Positions 58,445-64,000 of a stretch of 64,000 nucleotides of DNA are shown one piece after another. The notes under the pieces are model-generated. The model was not told the origin of the DNA. It saw nothing but the letters and a program-made list of their open reading frames with translations, and ran no database searches. The DNA comes from Candidatus Spongiisociaceae bacterium. GTDB lineage: Bacteria; Actinomycetota; Acidimicrobiia; Spongiisociales; Spongiisociaceae. The number at the start of each line of letters is the position of its first letter. Position 1 is the stretch's first letter. The position numbers were made by a program, and so were the translations under genes. Location: assembly GCA_965219685.1 (NCBI GenBank), contig CBDCOH010000002.1:2368001-2432000 (forward strand), given 5' to 3'.

Positions 58445-59044
58445 GTGAACGCACCTAAGGAGGGATCGACCGAACCGCGGCGGGACCGGCTGGGGATCGG
58501 CGCCATCGCCACGGTCTTCTTCAGGATGGGGATCGTGGCGTTCGGAGGGCTTCTCCTGCTGCTCGTATTGATCGAGCGGGAGTTGGTGGACAAGCGCCCG
58601 GCGCTGACCAAGCGGCAGATCACCGAAGCCGTCACCTACACGCGCCTCCTTCCCGGTTCGGGTGGCCCTCTCGTGGTCTCCTACCTCGGCTACGTGCTGA
58701 GGGGGGTCGGCGGGTCGGGGGTCGCCACCCTGATGTATCTCCTTCCCGGGATACTCGTCATGACCGGGTTGGCGGTGGGTTTCGTCGCCATCTCCACCCT
58801 GCCCTTGCTCAGCCCCGCCATCGAAGGCCTCCTGGCTGCCGTCGTCGGCATCCAGTCGGTATACCTCTACCGGTTCGCCCGGAAGGCGATCATCGACGCG
58901 GTCACGGCCACCATCCTCGTAGCCGGGCTGTGCGCGACGCTCCTCCTGGATGTCAGCGCGCCGCTCGTCGTCCTGCTGGCCGGAATGGTGGGGATCGTCC
59001 TGTTCACCAAGAGCCTCGGTGCGGAAGTTGCGGATGATGGCTGA
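58445..59044 (+). CDS. Short-chain CHR transporter subunit 1
   Basis: FFRMG..AFGG, ELV.K, LLPG. Confidence 0.85.
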   Translation: MNAPKEGSTEPRRDRLGIGAIATVFFRMGIVAFGGLLLLLVLIERELVDKRPALTKRQITEAVTYTRLLPGSGGPLVVSYLGYVLRGVGGSGVATLMYLLPGILVMTGLAVGFVAISTLPLLSPAIEGLLAAVVGIQSVYLYRFARKAIIDAVTATILVAGLCATLLLDVSAPLVVLLAGMVGIVLFTKSLGAEVADDG

Positions 59045-59597
59045 ACTGCTCGACCTGTTCTGGCAGTTCATGCTGTTCAGCCTTCTCGCCTTCGGTGGAG
59101 GGGGAACCGTATTGGGCCTGGTGGACCGGGTGGCCGTGGCGGACAAGGGATGGATCACGCCGGCGGAGTTCTCGGCGGCGGTCGGCTTCACTTTCATCAC
59201 TCCGGGACCGATCCTCGTTCTGGCGCCCTTCGTCGGCTATCTCGTGGCGGGAGCGCCGGGCGCGGTGGTCGCCACCTTCGGCGTATTCCTGGCCCCTTGG
59301 ACACTGGCCATGGGATCGGCCCACCGGCTCCGGCAGTACCTCCACCATCCCCGGCTCCGGGCCTTCGGCAAGGGCGCGGGACCGGCCATCGTCGGCCTGT
59401 TCAGCCTCGCCGTGCTCACCATCGCCAGATCCAGCATCTCCAACGTGGCCATGGTCGCCGTGGCGCTGGTAGCAGGGGTCCTGATGACGAGGACGAAGCT
59501 CCATCCGATCCTCATCCTGGTGGGCGGAGCGTTGGCGGGCCTGGTGCTTGGCCTCACCGGCCTCGGCGACGCGATACCGGAGGTCCGGATCCCCTAG
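59034..59597 (+). CDS. Short-chain CHR transporter subunit 2
   Basis: LAFGGG, GWIT..EF, TPGP, FVGY. Confidence 0.87.
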   Translation: MMAELLDLFWQFMLFSLLAFGGGGTVLGLVDRVAVADKGWITPAEFSAAVGFTFITPGPILVLAPFVGYLVAGAPGAVVATFGVFLAPWTLAMGSAHRLRQYLHHPRLRAFGKGAGPAIVGLFSLAVLTIARSSISNVAMVAVALVAGVLMTRTKLHPILILVGGALAGLVLGLTGLGDAIPEVRIP

Positions 59598-59649
59598 TTG
59601 GTAGTTGGGGTTAGATCGGGTCGCTTTCCATCAACAAAGGGATCCAGCC

Positions 59650-60918
59650 CTACCTGCGGTCGAGGATCCGGAAGCGGGAAGGGCGGAAGGGGGCCATGTC
59701 CACGGATGGATCCTCGTTCGATACGAGTTGGCCGATGATCTCGCCGGTGATCGCGGCCAGGGTGAACCCGATGTGGCCGTGGCCGTAGGCGAGGAAGACG
59801 TTGGCATGGCGGGGCGCCCGGCCGATGACCGGAAGGGAGTCGGGGTGCGACGGGCGGTAGCTCATCCATCTCCTCGCCCCGTCCGTCCGCAACTCAGGAA
59901 ACACCAGCCTGGTGGCCTCGATCAGGCGGTCGGCGCGCCGGTAGTCGGGCGGGGCTTCGAGTCCGGCCAACTCGTCGGTGCCGGCCAGGCGGAGGCCGTC
60001 GGGAAGGGGGGTCATCGCGAAGTGATGGTCCATCGAGACGATGGGAAAGGGGAGTTCGACCCCCGGATGCGGCAGGTCAACCCCGTAACCGCGCTCCGTG
60101 TCGAGGGGGGTCGCGAAGCCGAGCATCCTCGTGAGGTGCTTGGACCAGGCCCCGGCAGCGATCACCACCAGGTCGGCGGGAAGCGCCCCGCTCGTCGTCT
60201 CGACGGCGACTATCCGATCTCCCGACCGGACGAACCCCGAGACCTCCCCCGCCACGCGACGACCCCCCGCGGCGACCATGCGGTCCGTAAGCACCGTGCA
60301 CAGTCGTAGCGGGTCGGCCCAAGGGGCCTTGGGAATGTAGACGCCGTGGCTGAAACGGCCCGCCAGCACCTCGGACAGTCCCGCCACTCCGTCCGCGTCA
60401 AGGACCCGCATGTCGATGCCCCGCCTCCGCCTCGTCTCGATGGCGAAGGCCGCCTTGGCGAACACCGCGTCGGTCCCATAACCCAGTAGATGCCCGCCTT
60501 CGATGAGAGCGCCGCCGGAGTCATGCACGGGTAGCACCTCCTCCCACGCCCGGAGTGCCTGCTTGACCAGACGAGCGAGCGCGATGGAGGCGCGCTCGAC
60601 ACGCGCCGGCCTCGCCGAGGCGATGAACCGAAGCAGCCATGGCACCATCCGCGGTAGGTAGCGCCACCGGATCGCGAGGGGTGAGTACGGGTCGAGCAGC
60701 ATCCGGGGCACCGACCGGATGACCCCGGGAGTCGCCGTCGGGAGGCAGTTTCCCACCGAGAACAGACCGGCGTTGTGACCTGAGGCTCCGTCGCCGGGAG
60801 CGCCCCTGTCCACGACGGTCACCTCGTAGCCACGCCGGAGCAGATGCATCGCGCAGCAGAGTCCCACCGTTCCACCGCCTACTACGACAGCAAGCCTTGG
60901 ATCCCCGGACGATGTCAT
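59650..60918 (-). CDS. FAD-dependent D-amino acid dehydrogenase (DadA-like)
   Basis: GGGTVG, ASGHNAG, AAGAWS, RGY, RP..PDSLPVIG, GHGH.G.T. Confidence 0.92.
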   Translation of the reverse strand: MTSSGDPRLAVVVGGGTVGLCCAMHLLRRGYEVTVVDRGAPGDGASGHNAGLFSVGNCLPTATPGVIRSVPRMLLDPYSPLAIRWRYLPRMVPWLLRFIASARPARVERASIALARLVKQALRAWEEVLPVHDSGGALIEGGHLLGYGTDAVFAKAAFAIETRRRRGIDMRVLDADGVAGLSEVLAGRFSHGVYIPKAPWADPLRLCTVLTDRMVAAGGRRVAGEVSGFVRSGDRIVAVETTSGALPADLVVIAAGAWSKHLTRMLGFATPLDTERGYGVDLPHPGVELPFPIVSMDHHFAMTPLPDGLRLAGTDELAGLEAPPDYRRADRLIEATRLVFPELRTDGARRWMSYRPSHPDSLPVIGRAPRHANVFLAYGHGHIGFTLAAITGEIIGQLVSNEDPSVDMAPFRPSRFRILDRR

Positions 60919-60926
60919 CGGCCCTC

Positions 60927-60947
60927 CGATATTGGGATGCGATATCG
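60927..60947. promoter_or_regulatory. Operator-like motif, copy 6: CGATATTG-ggatg-CGATATCG
   Basis: In the divergent promoter between the dadA-like and CCG genes. Confidence 0.82.
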
Positions 60948-61000
60948 AACTTCGAGCATTATGGTACGTCCCGACCGAGGCACGGTGGATCGGAGGATCT

Positions 61001-62134
61001 ATGGGTTCCGGGTTCTCCCCCAAAGAGTTCTATGGGGGCATGGCGAACAGCCTCGCCATGCAGGTGGCACGGGACGAGGTGGCATGGACGGATCGCCACC
61101 GGACGCCCGACGGCCCCGTGGACACGCTGCTCGCGTTCGGATGCGCCGTCCAGCACACACCGCACCTGATGCGCGCCGCAACGAGGGTCTTCGACGTGCT
61201 CGGGATCGAGCACCGGGCAGTCGCCGGGCGCCAGTACTGCTGCGGCCGGCCCTTCCGGCGGACCGGGAAGGTCAAGGCCGCCGACAACATAGTGGCCAGT
61301 TCCTACGCACGCTTCGCGTCCTACCGTCCGCAAACGATGGTGCAGTGGTGCGGGGCGTGCATGATCACCTATATCGACGTCGCCAGCCGCCGCATGACCA
61401 CCCCGTTCGAGGTGATCCACGTCTCCACTTACATGGCCCGTGTGCTGCGCGAGCGGGCGGGCAGCCTCCCGTGGCGGGAGACCGACCGGCTAACCGTCCT
61501 CGTCCACCGCCATGTCCAGCCCAAGGTCCCCAACGATCGCTCATCCGAACACCGCGGAAAGCCGGGCCGTGACCAGGTCACCGACGCCACGATCGAGGCG
61601 GTCGACGAGATCCTCTCGCGCATCCCGGGAGTCGAGAACCTGGGGGTCGTCGAACCGCCATCGAGCGGCGCTCCCTGTGATCTCAAGAAGGTCAACGACC
61701 GGTTCGTGGGCTTGGGTGATATCAGTTCCGACGCCCATCGGGCGATCCTTGGGCATCTGGCGGAGCAGGCCGATCGCACCGGGGCAGAGATCGTCGTGAC
61801 CCCTTACCACGCCTGCCAGAAGCAATGGTCCAAGCTGGCGAGCCACAAGCTGGGCGTGCGCCACTGGATGTCCGTACTCGCCGATGCCCTCGGGGTCGGC
61901 GTCGAGGACCGCTACCAGGCCTACTGGCGCCTGGCCGATCCGGAGGCCATCGTGAAGTCATCCAGCCCCGCTTGGAGTTCGTGGGGGATCAGTTCCGAAG
62001 ATGCCTACGAGCACGCTCGGACCCACTTCACCGCAGCCTTCTCGGACAGCATCCACGACTGCGAGTGCGGCGGCTCAGGCTGCGGAGCGCCCACTCCGGA
62101 GTTGGTCTGGCCACTGGTAAGCGGAGCCCGTTAG
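61001..62134 (+). CDS. Stand-alone CCG-domain (HdrB/GlpC-like) Fe-S protein
   Basis: FGC, YCCGRP, CGAC, second degenerate repeat PC...HAC, C-terminal CECGGSGC; GGAGG RBS. Confidence 0.78.
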   Translation: MGSGFSPKEFYGGMANSLAMQVARDEVAWTDRHRTPDGPVDTLLAFGCAVQHTPHLMRAATRVFDVLGIEHRAVAGRQYCCGRPFRRTGKVKAADNIVASSYARFASYRPQTMVQWCGACMITYIDVASRRMTTPFEVIHVSTYMARVLRERAGSLPWRETDRLTVLVHRHVQPKVPNDRSSEHRGKPGRDQVTDATIEAVDEILSRIPGVENLGVVEPPSSGAPCDLKKVNDRFVGLGDISSDAHRAILGHLAEQADRTGAEIVVTPYHACQKQWSKLASHKLGVRHWMSVLADALGVGVEDRYQAYWRLADPEAIVKSSSPAWSSWGISSEDAYEHARTHFTAAFSDSIHDCECGGSGCGAPTPELVWPLVSGAR

Positions 62135-62151
62135 GCCCTACACGGTAGGTT

Positions 62152-63366
62152 TCAGACCAGGTCGAGGACGGGGAGTTCCATACCGGCCTCCAAGGTGGCC
62201 TTCCAGGAGGTGTCGCAAGCCGCCCCTGCTCCGGCGGAGCGCGCACCGGCGACCGCCTCGACGCAGTTGCCCTCGCAGGGACAGCGCTGGACCCGGGACG
62301 CGTACTCGGGCATGAAGTGATGCTTCACGATGTGTCGAGCCTCCTTCTCATCCATCCCCCACGACTCCCAGTGGCGCCTCGTCTGCTCGAAGATCATGTC
62401 CGGATCCCCCAGCTTCCAGAGGGTCTGGAACCGGTCGGGAATCCTGATCCCCAGCGCTTCTGCGAGCAGCGACTGGTAGTGGAGAACGGGAAGACGGTCG
62501 CTCCCGAACTTGCACCACTCCCGGTGACACATGTGGTGGTGGGTCAGGATGGCATCGGCCCCGACCGCATCGGCCTGGGCCTGAAGATCCTGCTGGACTT
62601 CCAGGTATTGCTCCGGGGTGATGTCGTTGAGAACGCTTGGTTCTCCCGGACCCTTGGTCGCGCACGGCTGGCCGAGTGCGGGACTCTCCACGATACCCAC
62701 GTACTCGATCCCCGGGATCAACTCGAGCGTCCTGATCACCGCCGACTTGGCTGCTTCCTTGGTGGGATGGACCTCGGCGCCCTCGGCATGGAGCATCACC
62801 CGGCGGGGTATGGACTTGCGCCACGGTATGCCGTCGCCCATCTCGACCAGGAGGTCGGCCAGGTAGTCCGTTATATGGATCACCTCGAAAGGGGCCTGGC
62901 CGCGCTGGTCCGAGATGACCTTCACGTGGTAGTCGAACTCGATGAGGCACGAACCGCAGCACTGCACGTTGACCTCCGGCTGCCACGAAGCGAACCTGTC
63001 GATGGCCCGCGCCGCCATCGCGTCGCCGACTTGGCCCTTGCCGAAGCGTTGGAAGGGCCTGCCGCAGCAGTACTTGTTACCGGCTACCGCGACGAAGTCG
63101 ACCCGGAGCGCCTCGAACAGGGCGACCTGGGTGAGCATCAGGTGCGGCGTGTTCTGGACGCCGCAACTCAGGTTCAGGACCACCTCCGCCCCTTCGGCCG
63201 GTTTCGAGTACCGCTCCAGCCAGGTGACCTCGTCTCGCGAGATCTGGAGGCGTTCCGAGTTGAGGTGATCACGATAGAAGCGGGTGAAGCTGAACTCCTT
63301 GGCCCGCGAGAGATCGAAGTCCTCCCCTGCCGCGTTCTTCGTGACCATCCGGTCGTCAACCACCAT
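62152..63366 (-). CDS. Stand-alone CCG-domain Fe-S protein (paralog of 61001-62134)
   Basis: LSC.VQ.TPHLM, YCCGRPF, CCGSC, PC...HMC, C-terminal CPCEGNC. Confidence 0.78.
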   Translation of the reverse strand: MVVDDRMVTKNAAGEDFDLSRAKEFSFTRFYRDHLNSERLQISRDEVTWLERYSKPAEGAEVVLNLSCGVQNTPHLMLTQVALFEALRVDFVAVAGNKYCCGRPFQRFGKGQVGDAMAARAIDRFASWQPEVNVQCCGSCLIEFDYHVKVISDQRGQAPFEVIHITDYLADLLVEMGDGIPWRKSIPRRVMLHAEGAEVHPTKEAAKSAVIRTLELIPGIEYVGIVESPALGQPCATKGPGEPSVLNDITPEQYLEVQQDLQAQADAVGADAILTHHHMCHREWCKFGSDRLPVLHYQSLLAEALGIRIPDRFQTLWKLGDPDMIFEQTRRHWESWGMDEKEARHIVKHHFMPEYASRVQRCPCEGNCVEAVAGARSAGAGAACDTSWKATLEAGMELPVLDLV

Positions 63367-63426
63367 CGATCCGTTCCTTTTCGTCTCGCTTCAATCTAGT
63401 AGGGAGCTCGCTCCGACGCCCGGCCA

Positions 63427-64000
63427 TCAGCGGGGCGCCGGGCCCTTCGAGAGCTGCTCCAAACCCCTGCGTATGGCCGCACGCTCCGCACTGGCGCCGA
63501 CCCTTCCCAGCGCCAGGCCGTGCCGTTCCCGCACCAACTCGATCCGCTCGTCCAATGGAAGCAACGGGCAGTTCTGACACAGCCGACCCCGGCGATCGTC
63601 CAACCGGTAGGTGAGACAGCACGCATGGCGGCGGTGGATGCCGTGGGGGAACATCGGGTCGTCGATCTCATCCCACACCACGAGGCCTCGCAGGGGGTTG
63701 GGTCCCGGTACCCCCGGTATGGCCGGAGCGCCCAGCAGGGCTCGGCGGTCCTCCACGTAGGGTCGGCCGGCCCCGCCTAGGTACTCGTCGGCCGAGTCCG
63801 AGACCATCCCCACCCATTCGGCCGCGTTGGTCCACAGCAGACGTTCCGAGACCCGCGTCAGGCTCCGGACAACCTCGAAGAAGGGCGCCAGGTGCCGGCC
63901 GTACAGGGTCTCCCAGGCATGCGCCCTGACCTCGGCCAGAGTTGCAGCGGCTTGGGCGTCCACCTTCCACGGCGTGAGCCGCTCGCCGGTCACCACTGCT
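63427..64000 (-). CDS. FhuF-like ferric-siderophore reductase / (2Fe-2S)-binding protein (5' end outside the window)
   Basis: S.RLLW.N and C-terminal RHACCLTYRL...LCQNCP (CC-x11-CxxC). Confidence 0.85.
   Translation of the reverse strand, partial: AVVTGERLTPWKVDAQAAATLAEVRAHAWETLYGRHLAPFFEVVRSLTRVSERLLWTNAAEWVGMVSDSADEYLGGAGRPYVEDRRALLGAPAIPGVPGPNPLRGLVVWDEIDDPMFPHGIHRRHACCLTYRLDDRRGRLCQNCPLLPLDERIELVRERHGLALGRVGASAERAAIRRGLEQLSKGPAPR

Overview
High-GC actinobacterial chromosomal window. Gene order and protein style suggest Acidimicrobiia (inference only). 1-36.8 kb is mostly core genome: partial disA; a Zn-ribbon/discoidin protein, P450 and nucleoside hydrolase; a small decayed patch with an IS110 remnant; a BMP-type nucleoside ABC transporter with a doubled binding protein; clpC; polyprenyl synthase; the tilS-hpt-ftsH-folE-folP-folB-folK-panC-coaX-lysS locus; a SigH/SigR-type sigma factor with its anti-sigma; tRNA-Thr(CGT); an acyltransferase; a K+ channel; chrA. 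36.8-64 kb is an accessory catabolic island: four divergent MmgE/PrpD domains, opine dehydrogenase, D-amino-acid dehydrogenase, racemase, M20 hydrolase, 2-oxoacid dehydrogenase E1/E2, Opp/Nik-type ABC importer, CHR transporters, two CCG Fe-S proteins and a FhuF-like reductase. Main observations: (1) six promoter regions of the island share a 13-bp-periodic operator, CGATATCG-N5-CGATATCG, which suggests one regulon, possibly for opine or aminopolycarboxylate metal-chelate uptake and breakdown; (2) folB is fused in frame behind an ~85%-identical copy of the ClpC N-terminal domain, next to a pseudo-phosphatase; (3) an NCS2 permease carries a degenerate RsbW-like C-terminal domain; (4) heptamer tandem repeats sit at many gene ends; (5) there is an IS110 left non-coding end (candidate bridge RNA) and a 108-bp MITE. 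All calls were made by eye from motifs; no database searches were run.
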